Shown here piece after piece: positions 36,919-51,386 of a stretch of 64,000 nucleotides of DNA. How positions within the stretch are numbered: the stretch's first letter is position 1; each line of letters opens with the position of its first letter. The stretch comes from Paragordius varius (taxonomy: Eukaryota > Animalia > Nematomorpha): NCBI GenBank assembly GCA_964247055.1, contig OZ176053.1, positions 1,240,001 through 1,304,000 of the forward strand, read 5' to 3'. The notes beneath the pieces were generated by a model. The model was not told the origin of the DNA. It saw only the letters and a program-made list of their open reading frames with translations, and did no database searches. A program made the translations under genes and the position numbers.

Positions 36919-39900
36919 TTAAGATGAAGAACCATTCAGCTGTGACGTTATTTCTTGACCCTAAATAAGGAAAAAATGTAAATTATTTCCGTAACATTGA
37001 TTATATGAGCGCAAATATACCTGCAAATTTCGATGCTTCAAACTTTGAAATTGGATAGAATTGGTAAGAGACGGTGATTTGGTTCCTCCTTTAAACATGT
37101 TCTGAATGCGATACACAAAAGTTTCTAGGACTTTCTTGAGAGGTGGAATGTGTTTGAGCAATGTTGAGTCCTTTTTCGTCTAAATAAAATAGGAATTAAA
37201 TATACTAACCTCACTAGATGTGCTTTAAATAAAATAATATCTCAGAAAATTAATATGACAATGATATTATATATGTTAGGTCTCAACGACGAATTAATAT
37301 CCTAACTTTAGATTTATTATATAACGCTTACTTTACAATGTGTGATGACCATGTGCAAATATCGTGTTATCTCTTGCATTCCCCTTATTATAGCTTGGAT
37401 TTGGGACCGTATATCATCAGCCAACTCGCCAGAGTCCTCAAAACACTGAAGAATGTAATGCAATTCCACCATCAACTTAACGTAAAAGTTTTCCACAAAT
37501 TGGCGTCCAGTGCGGAGTGTATGTAATATGTAATGCTTATCGGGAAAGTGTTTACAAATGCGTATGAGTGTGAGAAATAATTTGCACAAAACTGCCGTTG
37601 ATTGCAAAAATGTTTGAGGATATTGCAATGTTTGCGCATTCAATTGAGATGACTCCTCTGACCCTGTCTTGAGAAAAGCATTAAGATCATGGTTTGAAAC
37701 TTTAGTTTTATGTCCATAGAGATTAACTAGATTCCGTGCCAGACCGATACATTCTTTCAATAGCACGTCAAAATAAACGGGAAAGAAGTGCCTGTTAACA
37801 TAAAAAAATTTGTGGTAATTAGCGATATTCAAAAAACAAACTTTCAGGGAACATATATTTTGACAACTCAAAATTTAATATGAAAATATAAATGATTACG
37901 GAATCATGGATGGATAGATGACAATATCTTGCGAACAAGTTGCATGTTTAATAGTTTGAGAGATATTTTCTTTATTCAACGATTTATTTAACATATCTTG
38001 CATTTGAATATTGATTAATTCATCAAGCACTTCCAGGGGTTCATTCGTAACAAATTTTAACCTTAATATATTAAAAGCATATCAAAAATATTGAAATTTT
38101 TTCATGTTTAAAAAACTGACGGGTAAATATAAACTAGTTCATCGCCGAAAGAAATGACCGAATCTGAAGATGCTTTTTCAAAATTCAGCTCAGCCACTCA
38201 CCTTTATATAAAAAATCATATCATAAACACCGGATTTGTGGTGATATAAATATAGATAGAATAAAAAATTACATATATTGTTTGAATAAACTCTCAGAAT
38301 AATTAATGCCAAAATATTAAAGGTTAAAAGCGCCAAATCATACAACATAAATTTTTAACGATATTTTAGCTTGTAATCTATGTGCACATTGTTCTGGTAC
38401 CCTTTTAAATAGTGTTAAACCAAATAGCCATGGATATATATAAGTACGATAAAATAAGATTTACTTTAAAAGTTTAACCAACGAAGCTTCAAATATCGGT
38501 TTCGATCCGGTCGGAAAATAAAATTTTACGTAATTTTTTGTTTCAAATTGTTCATTAACTACTTGTTCGGTAGAGTTGATTAATTGGGTAGAATGAGAAT
38601 AAGGAATGGCGTCTTCTGTCATTTGGTTTCGCAGCAAATAATTTTGCTGCAAACTCACGTTTATAAGTGTGGAAAATGATTGTGTTGTTAAGTTTGGGTT
38701 TTCCCGATGATCTTTAAAATAACAAATTAATTATGATAAAAAACAACAATATAGACAGTAATTAATATACTACCTACCTGATAGCTCAAACAAATCATAG
38801 AGAAAAGTGAGCACACATTCAGAAAAAAGGAGAGATTTCGAATTTTGGATCAAATTGCCAAAGAATTTGTATGTCACTTCTCGCCTGAATATATATATAT
38901 ATATATAGTAAAAACTTATACCAAAACGTAAAAATATAAAGACAAATATTTTTTTTCAAAAAAAACAACCATATACTTTTAAAACCATATTTATTTACAA
39001 TCCTAAACTACATTATTGATTGTGCTACCAATTTAGATTTCCATCTTATATATTTTGCAGTTTAGAACAATCATTTATATTTAATAAAATTAAGATTAAA
39101 AAATTATGGTTGTCTTTATATTTTTACGTTTTGTCCGTATAATATCAATTTTTACTGTATATATGCACATACTTGTTCATAGAGATATCGAGTTGAGATT
39201 TATCAATACTTTTAATGCCATTCCATAAACTTTCCAATATTGATGTGTTTTCTTCAGTTAACGATAAGTGCTTGTTGATAAGTGCCATACATTTCACAAT
39301 GTTGAGATTAATGTTGTAAGTAATGATAGATTCTTCCTAAAAATTATTAAAATATTAAGATAACTTCTTGCAAAGACCCTTCAGCAAAATTAAAATTTAT
39401 AAAATAAATGGAAAATTTTTATTTTTAGTATTAGTTTTGGCTTGCAAATTAAAAAACAACTGTTTTGCAAAAAAAATTATTTTTTATAAAAGATTATATA
39501 ATTGGAAAAGCGAAATTCACTAATATATATTCCATTGTTGTAATATTAAAAATAAATCCAAATTTAAATGTTAAATAACAACTTTGTTATCCATTATTAA
39601 AAAATTCGTTTTTGATACTCAGAATTATATAATCATGGAAACCTCTGTCATTTCCGCGCCCATAGATTTCTGCAATCGCCCAATAAAATTGGCGCAAACA
39701 TTCTCCTCTGACCATTGACTTAATAGGGTTTTGCATTTTGATTGGTGGGATTCTTTGGATGAGTTTTGTATTAATTTGAGTTTTTTCTGTTCCTGACTAA
39801 GGAAAAGATTTCCCTTTGTGGCATCTTTGGGCAATGTCATTTCCAACATATGGAGATATTCATTCAAGAGATAATCGAAATGCTTACAATCCAAGTCCTA

Positions 39901-42900
39901 ACATAAATTTATATTAAACTAAAACTTTAAAAGAGTTAAATAAATAAAATATCAATCGTACCAGATCTGTTGAAAATAGTTCCTTAAACACAAAAATTTC
40001 GAAAGGGCGACTTAGTTTTCGCAAACTTTTTCGAAGTTGTTCTTTGGCAAGATTATGATTTGAGCCCTTTTTATCCAGAGAACTATCATTGTTTATTCTA
40101 CGTTATGAAATTTTTTTAAAAGTAAATGTATATTACAGGGTTCATGTTAAAAGTTAATACTTTCTCAATTTATTGTTTAATTTTTTGGACTTTAATTGTT
40201 TTCGTTTAGATTCTTTCGTATTTTCTGCATCTTTCTCATGGGTTGTAGAATTAGCATCAATTAGGTGCAAATAATTTGTAATGTTTAATAAGGGATCACT
40301 CTGGCCGTTATTTTCCTTCTCTATGGTGTGTGAATGCAAAGGAAACAGTATATAAAGTTTTAAACGCGTAAAAAATAAATGATTACTTGAGTTAACATAT
40401 TTTCCTGAGATTTTATGGCTACTTTCGCATTCTAATAATTGGAGATAATCTCTAAAAGTGTGAAACAACCCATTTTTATTACCATGATTGTTGTGATTAA
40501 AATTGTTTGTTAACGATAATTTTTTATGCGCAGGAGGCAAAGTTAAGGTGTTAAGAATTTCACAATGAACTTTTTCCAACGAATAAAAGGTAGGATAGAG
40601 TTCAAGTTGATCTGAATATTCTTACAAAAGAAATCATAGAAATATGAATCAAACTTTACAGTAAAAACCGAAATTATACGGACAAAACTTAAAAATATAA
40701 AGACAAATATTTCATTACTAAAAGACAACCATACTTTTTAAAACTTAATTTTTTTTAATAACGTCTTGTTTCAAACTATAAGTATGAGATAAAGACGTTT
40801 ATTGATAACACAACCCATTATAAAATTTGGAATTTAAAACAACCATATATATTTAAATAGTTCAAGATTTAAAAAGCATGGTTGTCTTTTAGAAAAAAAT
40901 GTTTGTCTTTATATTTTTACGTTTTGTCCGTATAATTTCAATTTTTACTGTATTTAGTAAATACCACTACACAATCTACCATTTAAATCTATAAATGTGG
41001 TAAATTATATTTGAATAAACTACCGATAGTTATATCCAAAAAAAAATTAGCCAAATCTAGGAAAGATTAGAATTATCTTAATCTTTGCTGCAAATATTTC
41101 CGTAAAATATAGTACTTTGAAGAGCATTTATGATGTATTCTTCAATTTTCATTAGAGTACCTAATCTTTCGATCAAAACTTGTTTGAGCTTTAAGTCTAT
41201 GGATAAATGACAACAACCATTAATAATCTAACGTTAAAGAAAGTGTAAAAAACCTCTCGATACCAATCGGAAGCGATTTGCAAGAAACTCAAACAACATT
41301 GAATTCGTTCCAAATTATTTTTTATTTCCTTTCTGTTTTCATTGCCAGTTTGTGAAATATCAAAAGTTGTTCCCTCCTCGTCACACAGTGTGGGTCCAAC
41401 TTTATAGGACAAATTACAATATATAAATAAATTAGGAAGCGTTAAAAAGATATAAATACCCACCATCATTCAATGTTTGCCCTTGAGATATTATTTCAAA
41501 AATATGTTGTAATTCGGTATCAGTTGATTTAAGAGACACCCCTAACCCTAAAAAGGGTAATATTACATCCAGTCGATTTGCCTTCAATGCTAAAAACACA
41601 AACAAACGAATGAAACAGGCATATATATGAATATTAAAATGCAAACAAACCATGTTTCCATATGCCACGGAATAAATAAATAGGTTCCAAATTTATAAAG
41701 GTATCTGTATGATCTTGAAAACTATTATTGCTTATATTTTTAGGTATCGGGCTAAAGTTTATGGTCATATTTGAAATATCTGGGTTAAGCAAAGGCGTTT
41801 TATTAGGTTTTTCCTTATTTTTTTCAGTCATTTCTCTCAAGGCTAACTCCAGAATCTTTCTATGACGGGGTTTCAATTCAAACAACAATAAATGGTTATT
41901 TTGAGTTTGTGATGATTGTGACATTATTAAGTATTTAGCCAATAAATTGTTGAACCATTTTAGTAAGAAAAAAGAGTTAAATTTTTCAGTTGTGGTCAGA
42001 ATGTCTAAAATAAGTATTTTGTGGATGTTTGAGAGAGAATCCGTGCCCATCAAATTGGATAAAAATCTGAAGCATTCCATAGAAGCGATGTTTTGCTTTG
42101 CATCCATTTTCTCACTTAAATAAAATAGTTTGCGTTTAAAAAATCATTTTTTAAATTTACAATTCACTATAACTAATACTTTTGAGAGAGGGAATAATCG
42201 TTAACATATAAATAAGCCGCTTGTATTAAGGCATAGAGCGTAAAACAACACGAATTTCCATAACTGTTATTGTTGCCATTTAATAAAGCCAATTTGCAAG
42301 ATTTCGTATTATTAGTTTCAGTTGGATTTAAATTTTCTGTTAGAACGATATCGTCAAAACAAAGTTGAGTTATATTAAGATTAAGGGCCTGGCCTAAAAA
42401 ATCAAATTGTCGCATAAATTGGGACAGAGGAGATAATTTTGAAAGTTTTGGTGGATGGCAAAGGCATTTAAGAAGTGTGAAGAGATGTGGATACATTGAT
42501 AGGGGTAGTTTGACAGATATATCTATAACTTTCTAGTAAAAAAAACAAAAAGAAGAAATTAGAAATATAAGAGAAGAATATCAAAAACTAACTACGAAAC
42601 CTGTCTATAATCTTGTAGTAATGAGCCATCTTCTGAAGAATCAAATAGATTGTCAATTAAATGAGTATTGAGCCTATTATTATGATCACAACAAGGTGGA
42701 ATGGTGGATGAGATTAAATGCGTTAGCAATCCAAGTAGGTGATATGTTGAATCAATGCTCTTCGTGCAAGTAATTGCCTCAAATAAGGCCAGTAAACATT
42801 TCTACGAACGGTCATTCATTAATAAAATAAATAACGTTTAAGCTAAATCGAAAAAGTAAAAACTCTAACTTGTTTGATAATATTGGCTACATCTTTAGCT

Positions 42901-44863
42901 TGCATAATGCTCACATAAAAATAGACTCCAAAGTTCCCATCGAAATTGCTAACATTTTCATTTTCCGTTTTTTCCCTGTGATGAGTCGAACTGGGTTTGC
43001 TTTTTTTACCTATAAAATTAAAAATAGTACAATTATTAATCATGCCGAATAAAAACAATATCAATCTTATAAATAGGACCTAGAATAACAATATTTAAAA
43101 ATATTTTAGGCATTATGTATAAAAAATTAATTAGTGGAGACTTACTTACTATTTAAATAGATTTGTCTGGCTAATAGTTCGGTCGAATCTAAAAATCGTT
43201 CCAAAAGATTGGGGAAAAATTGGAAAAAATCATTCCATAAAGTTGTTTTAAAGACATTTTTTCCTACTGAGTTGTTCTTTGTATTTTGTTCAGTTTGATC
43301 ACTTTGTAAAGATTTGATATTTTCAGCCGGTTTTAATCCAGCCTCCTGGGCCAACACTAAAATAAGCAAGTCCAAAATCTGTTTTCGAAAAATTAAAATT
43401 AGTCTCTTGTTAAACTCAAAAAAATATAATATAAATTACATGTAGAGACGACGAGGGAGAGCTTGTATAAATGTGAGCAACACTTTTTTGCATTATAAAG
43501 CGTCCAACATTGGTTGAAGTTTTAAACAAATTCAGAAATGTTTCTGCGATTCGGACAAAACTAAAAAAAAGTTATCATTGTAAAAGTTATTTATCAAATA
43601 AAATATTGTAAATTTAAGACAAACCATTTATTACGCATATTCAGATTTTGATCATCATTGTTTGATGCCATAATAAATATTCTTTTATTTTCGGCACACA
43701 GAGCTTGTTAAAATTGATTGTAAATTCGTTCTATTCGGTTAATTGTTTCAATTGGGATTTCAAAAGGAGTTTCATTGTTTTTGCCATCTTTAGAAGAGAG
43801 GACACTTTTGAGTGATTGATTTTTAAGATATGACAACACATATTGTGTAATCAAATTTAGGGCTAAAATGTGTTCATTCTCCGTCAAATCTAGTTGGGGA
43901 ATAATTTTGATCAAAGGAGTCAAAATCTTATTTTCTAACAAATTTTTCAATTTTTGTGTCAAATCAGATTGATGAGATTCGTTAGTTTCGATATTATTTG
44001 TTGAAGTTATTTGCGCTTCAAAAGTTGAAAGACACAAAATTAATTGTTCGACAAGATCAAGGCTATATATCTCACCCATACTTTCAAATATTAAGCTACT
44101 ATAAAGGTAATTATATACCCAATATTTTCTATAATAAGTAAAGCTGTATCATTTCTGTTTAAGATTTCGGGTAAAATTAATAAAAAATCTTTTTCTAAAA
44201 TTGGGTCCAAGTGCTGAAAATTGTCAAACAAAATCGATACAAATTTCTAGGATAAACGATATGATATAAAACTTTTTCATCATATATAACATTTGTATTT
44301 CGAATAGCATTGATTAGATTAGAATGCCGCTGTTTTGAAGCGTAAGAAATGATATACTTTAAAAGTATTGGCTGAAATTTGAAATTATCTAAAAGTATGG
44401 ATGCGATCGAATGCATAGTTTCTCTATAAATTAAAACTTAAAATACTCCTCTCCAAAAACAATCGAGTTAAACAATTTATCAAATTGAGAAGCAACAAAA
44501 GTTTCCGCTTCCTCGGCTAACTTATTGTCAGTGAAATCGTAAGTGTCCAATATTTCGATGAAATTTTCAATGTTCCCTTATATATTATATTATCCAAAAA
44601 AACCTCTAATTAAACGCGGTTCAGATAAGTCAAAATAATGTTTAAAAAACTTTTCCACAGAATTTTCCGAATAAGTACCTTTGACTGATGATGATGTTTT
44701 CGTCAATCTTACCATAATAAATTAAACGATGTGGGATTATTTCATGTGTATTTGTGGGCTTAAAAAATTACTTATCAAGACGATCTTGACCGAATCGCCT
44801 GATTTTTCATGAATAAATAATCATAATCAAAAGAGATGGTTTAAATGAACTTGTGCGTTCCAT
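36919..44863 (-). CDS. FANCD2: FANCD2 homolog, copy B (differs from A by at least three amino acids)
   Basis: Same exons as copy A; LIQNSKSLLF vs LIRNSKSLIF and ENPNLT vs ENPNIT near 38690-38860. Confidence 0.88.
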
Positions 44864-47152
44864 GTGCAAAATTTTAAATATATCATATTTGTTACAGGGA
44901 TTACATTTTAGCGCATGTATATAAAATAAATTAAACTATTCCAGCAATTCCGCTGATTAAATAGTTAAAGAGAGCATATAATAAGGAATTGAGCTGACAA
45001 ATAAAAACAGAATTAATTAAAAGGAAAATCTAAAGACACGCCTAGGTGCCCATAAAATTGTTAGTTTCTGTAATTTGCAATTTGGAACACCAGAGTATAT
45101 ATATGGATGTATTAGTAAATCTAGGCGCCTATGATTGCAATCAGAAAAAAGTTTATATGAAAGACTGGTTGAAAACACAAATTTGAAGGCTTTAGGCCTT
45201 CTTCTCCAATGGCAACCAGGGATCGGGACGTGTGAATCAATACTACCAACCAAGATTTGTTACGTGAATCAAGTAGCGAATCGAAGGGATCTTTTACGAG
45301 GTAAATGTATTTTTTAGGTGTAATGGGATAAACTCCGCGGGAAAAGCGTACATTGCGGAATCCAGAAGCCGTGGACAGATCAAATGCCCTGGATTTGGGA
45401 CTGGACGATTGATGGAGCGACACAGGAAGAGGAACCTACTAATTACGAAGTAATCTTAATTTTTAGGTCTGGGTCGACTTTGGCACATTGGGAGGAGGGA
45501 TCTGTTGGGATTGGGCTCTTAGGAACGCCCAGATGGGGAGAAGGCAAATCGAGCCTGGAGCGGATGGATGGCAAGACGCAATAAAGGATCTCATTCGGGA
45601 TGATTGCACAACAAACTCTCATTATCCTTGTGGAGAGTTTTTGGGCGAACAGGCTCTCTAATGGGAGGAATAAATCCTCTCCTTCACAAGGGTGGGAAAA
45701 TCAGCTCTTATTATTTGGAAGGAGTTGTTTTCCTAACTTGTGTGAAGGAGGAGGATTTATTTGTCCCATTAAAGAGTCTTTTGCCCAAATACTCTCCACA
45801 AGTATAATGAGAGTTTGAGTCAGGCCCCTAAGTCCAAAATTTTAATTTGAGCACTCTTACTCCCGGACGCTCAAAAAAAAATTTTGGACTTAGAATATTT
45901 TTTAATTTTTTTTTCGCCCTTGGGGGGGGGGGGGGGGGGTTATATATATTTATTGATATTTTTTAATTTTTTTTTCGCCCTTGGGGGAAGGGGGGGGGGT
46001 TATATATATTTTCAATAAAAAACATATTTAGACAACATTTATTGAATAATTTATATAAAAAATATTAATTTTCGTGATATATTTATTCTTGTCTGGTTAG
46101 GTTATTCTTATTTTTCTGTCCATTTGTTGTTTATAAATTATCAAAATGATTCTTGATTTCTGTCGATTGGTTGTATTTGTTTATAGAATATCGTAACTAA
46201 TGTTTGATCGTATTTTCTGAACTATAAAATATTAATAGATAAAATTTAATGTAATGAATACAAATAATTATTAAAATTTTTAAGATATTTTAGCATTTTG
46301 TTAAGAATAGCGATTATATTAATCAGCTGTTTTTGCTTGTTTTTAGCCTGATTGTGGTTCAAGTAAATCTTTATAAACCTAATTAATATTATATAAATAA
46401 TTACAAGTAATAATAGCGCGCTTTTATCCTTATAAATGACAAATATATTAGATGTTTCAAATTTTATAAACAAATTTTTGTGGTTTTAATAAAATCAAGC
46501 CTTTTTATAATAAAAAAGATATGTGGGTGTCGGTTGAGGGCTTTTAAGTAAAATTTAACTTTATAATCAAAATGATATTTTTGAGAGAGCGGTTTTTAAT
46601 ACTAATTTAAATGATTTGTATCAAAGTATAGGAGTTTTTTAATAAAATTTAGCGGTTCTTAAAAAGATATCTGATTTTGTCATAAATTGGTGGTTCTTTA
46701 ATAAATTTTAGTGGTTTTTTCAAGAAAACTGCTTTTTTCAAATAAACCTTCACGATTTTTAACCAAAAATAGTGTTTTTTAAATAAAATAGCTATTAAAA
46801 AAATCTGGTGGTTTTTTAATCATTTGGCTGATTTTAAAAAAATATATTAAAAAATCTTGTTTAGTTTTTTATGAGAATATAGTAATAGTATTTTGGATAA
46901 GTATATATTCTCTAAACTAAAACAATTACATTATTTATGTAATTTCAAGATTATCAAAATTTTCTTATTAAATGTACTATTTTTGAAATATTTTAAATAA
47001 GACCTAAACCAAAATATTTAAAGTTTAAAGATATCAGACGTTTTTATCCAAATTGTGGTTTTTAAAAAGAAAATTTTATGGTTTTAGGAAATTTAATTTT
47101 TTATGTTGCAAACTCAAAAACCCAAACAACCCATATATAAATTAATATAAAG

Positions 47153-47270
47153 AAATGCATGAGTCTCGGCCTGCTTCGCAGACCGAGGAAGTCCTGCGGA
47201 CTTCTTTAAGATAATGAACCAACTCCAATCCCTCACCCTAACCCTAGCCCACAATCTCGAAACCCTTAAA
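47153..47270 (-). mobile_element. TTAGGG/double-hairpin element, unit B copy 3 (inverted)
   Basis: Matches 22663-22780. Confidence 0.5.
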
Positions 47271-49329
47271 GTTTAAACCAAAATTGATATAAATTTTACT
47301 CAAAACGGTAACAAAAACAGCTGAAAACGAATAATTACATAATATATTATGCTATATAGAACACACTGAAAATAAAAGAAAAATTGGATTAAATTGCGAA
47401 TTTTATTAAGAAAAATTAATATTTAGTGTTGTAAAAATCGAGCGGTTTTTAAATGGAAATAAAAAATTTAAAAAAACAAACTTAGCTCTTTTTAAAATAA
47501 AATTAGGTGTTTTTATATATGATTAGTTGTTTTTCAGAAATAAACCTTAGATTTTAGCGGTTTTAAAGTATGACTCAACAGTTTTTTAATATTTAGCTGT
47601 TTTTTAAAAATCGGATTTTAAAAAGGTTAAGTATCTTAGAATTTAGCGATTTTTAATAAAAAAAATTTATCGGTTTCGTAAAAAACTTAACAGTTTTTTA
47701 ACAAAAAAATAGGGTTTTTTAAATAAATATTAGCTGTTTAATAAGCATATTTCAAGGTTAATCAAAGTTACCCTTTAATAAAAAATAGGTTTTATATATA
47801 AAAATCAATTTAGCAGTTTTCGTAAAATTTAGAGGTTTTATGATAGCTATTTGCAGTTTTAGAAATATTTAGCTAGGTTTCAATAATGATTAGCTATTTT
47901 TAAAAAACTCTTATTATTTAGCGGTTTTAAATAATGATTTAACGGTTTTTAAAAATAAATTAGCGGTTTTATAAAGAATTGTGGATTTTAATAATTATTG
48001 GTGGTTAAATTTAGTGGTTTTTCAATATATAATATTTTGTTAAAAAACCTCAGCAGTTTTTTTGATAAAAATTTAGTATTTCTTAGATTTGCGGTTGTTT
48101 AAAAGTTTAACGATTTTTAATAAAAAAAAAATTTATGATAAATAAAAGAATAATAAAATTTAGCGGTTTTTATGAGAAAAATATGTATTGATATATATTA
48201 GCGGTTTATAAAAGGTATTTAGAGGTTTATATATCAATGTTACAATTGGCGTTTTAAAAGAAATATATCCTGTATTTATGTTGGTGGTTTTTCAATAAAA
48301 TTTAGTGGTTCCAATAATTTTTAATGGGTTTTTTAAATTCAAATAATCCTCTTTTTTAATATTGTGGTTTTTAGAAAGTTTTACCAATTTTTATCTAATA
48401 ATTTGTTTATTATTTGATGTTAAATCAAATAAATGAATAAAATAAAAAATAATTGATTTATTCATCACAGTTGTTCCTTTTAAAATACAAACAACAGTCA
48501 ATAAAGCCACCTGTTTTTACTTAGTCAGCCGTTTAGAATCAAGTGTTTATAATTAATACAGCCATCAAAGTTATTCTTATTTAAATGATGAAGACAGCTG
48601 TTTTAGTATATTTAATTAGATTGTTAAATCAACCGTTTTTTTTTTCAAAAGCATGCGATTAATAAACAGATTAATAAAACCAATGATTTAATATAACAGC
48701 TGATTAATTAAAAATCTGATTAACTAAATAGACTGATCTATTAAAAAAACTTATTAAATAAACATGTGGTTAGTAAAAACAATGATTAATAAAAAATTAT
48801 AAAAGAACCTTAATATGAACACTTGGGGTTTCAAAAACCGATTAATAAAATACAAATAATAATTACCAAATTTCAAAATAATCGATTTTCCTGATCAGAT
48901 TTTGGGCAAATAACTGAGGCAACCAACAAATTCTAAATTAAAAAAATGAAAATATACATATTAAAATAAATTTTTTTAAAAAAGGCCAATAATGTAATTT
49001 ATAAATAAAGGATTAATTTTAACTCTTTTGCAGAAAATGTTAGCAGATTTCAAAGAGTTGTTTTAAAAGAATATTAGCAGTTTAAAAAAAAATTTACTAG
49101 TTTTACAAGAATTTACCTGTTTTAAAAAAAATTTAGCGCTGTTGTAGATTTTAAAAAAAAATCTAAAAAGTTTTGTGGTTCTTTTAAATTATCCTTATTA
49201 TTTTTTGAAAGTAATCGTTGTTCATATAATAAATAAATTAATAGGAGAAAATAATTGATTACAATGGAGACAGCTGTTTTAATTAAAAATGATTTGTGTA
49301 TGTCAACCGCCTTTTCTAAAACAAGTAAT

Positions 49330-51050
49330 TTAAAATAACAGATTAATAAAACAACTGATTAATAAAAAAAATGACTGATAAAAATAACTAAAAAACAGTT
49401 GATTAATAAAAACAAAACTCATTAAACAATAAAAAAATTTAATTTAATTAAAACAGCTGGTTAATTAAAACAGCTGGTTAATTAAAACAACTGATTAATT
49501 AAAACAACTGGTTAATTAAAACAGCTGGTTAATTAAAACAGCTGGTTAATTAAAACAACTGGTTAATTAAAACAGCTGGTTAATTAAAACAGCTGGTTAA
49601 TTAAAACAACTGATTAATTAAAACAGCTGGTTAATTAAAACAGCTGGTTAATTAAAACAACTGATTAATTAAAACAACTGGTTAATTAAAACAACTGGTT
49701 AATTAAAACAACTGGTTAATTAAAACAACTGGTTAATTAAAACAACTGGTTAATTAAAACAACTGGTTAATTAAAACAACTGGTTAATTAAAACAACTGG
49801 TTAATTAAAACAGCTGGTTAATTAAAACAGCTGGTTAATTAAAACAGCTGGTTAATTAAAACAGCTGGTTAATTAAAACAACTGGTTAATTAAAACAGCT
49901 GGTTAATTAAAACAGCTGGTTAATTAAAACAACTGATTAATTAAAACAACTGGTTAATTAAAACAGCTGGTTAATTAAAACAGCTGGTTAATTAAAACAA
50001 CTGATTAATTAAAACAACTGGTTAATTAAAACAGCTGGTTAATTAAAACAACTGATTAATTAAAACAACTGGTTAATTAAAACAACTGGTTAATTAAAAC
50101 AACTGGTTAATTAAAACAACTGGTTAATTAAAACAACTGGTTAATTAAAACAGCTGGTTAATTAAAACAACTGGTTAATTAAAACAACTGGTTAATTAAA
50201 ACAACTGGTTAATTAAAACAGCTGGTTAATTAAAACAGCTGGTTAATTAAAACAGCTGGTTAATTAAAACAACTGATTAATTAAAACAGCTGGTTAATTA
50301 AAACAGTTAATTAAAACAGCTGGTTAATTAAAACAGCTGGTTAATTAAAACAGCTGGTTAATTAAAACAGCTGGTTAATTAAAACAACTGATTAATTAAA
50401 ACAACTGATTAATTAAAACAACTGGTTAATTAAAACAACTGGTTAATTAAAACACCTGGTTAATTAAAACAGCTGGTTAATTAAAACAACTGATTATATA
50501 AAACAACTGATTATATAAAACAACTGATTAAATAAAACAAATATTTAAAACTCTAATTAATTAAAACAACTGACTAATTAAAACATCTGATTAATTAAAA
50601 CAACAGATTAATTAAAACAACAACAATTAAAACAACTGATTATTTAAAACAACTGGTTAAATAAAACAACTGATATTAAAACAACTGATATTAAAACAAC
50701 TGACCATATAAAACAACTGATTAATTAAAACAACTGATTAATTAAAGCAACAGATTAATTAAAACATATTAATTAAAACAACAGAATATTTAAACAACTG
50801 ATTAAATAAAAGATTATTTAAAGCAACTGATTAATTAAAAAACTGATTAATTTTACAACTGACTAATTTAAAAAACTGATTAATTAAAACAACTGATTAA
50901 ATAAAACAATTGATATTCAAAACAACTGATTAAAAAGATTAAAACAACTGATTAATAAAAACAACTGATTTAACTGTATAAATACAAATGTTTAATAAAA
51001 ATAACTGAATAAAAACCACTGTTTAAACAATAGATTGATAAAAAATAAAA
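49330..51050 (+). repeat. 17-bp satellite array, copy C
   Basis: Same as copy B, with one unit gained and one lost internally, so net length is unchanged. Confidence 0.96.
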
Positions 51051-51386
51051 ATATTAATAGAAAACGCTTGGGTTTTTAAAAACTGATTAAAAAAATACAA
51101 ATAATAGTTACCAAAATCCGATATCCAATATTTACTATCAGTTTTGCGCAAATAAATCAGGCAACCAACATATTCTAAAATAAAAAAGAAAATATATTAA
51201 AATAAAATTAAAAAAAAATGCATTTATATATAATGTAATTTATAAAAAACAGTTGGCATACTTTTGAATTTTAAAATTTTGTTTTTACAGAATATTTCAA
51301 GAAATTTTAGCGCTTTAATAAGAATTTTACTGCCTTTTTAAAAATTATTTAAATAGCGCTTTTAAGAGAAGTTACAGGTTACTTCA

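Larger units (their letters stand above)
23533..48022. repeat. ~24-kb tandem unit, copy B (24,490 bp, complete)
   Basis: All features of copy A recur in the same order and orientation; both satellite arrays are longer than in A. Confidence 0.97.
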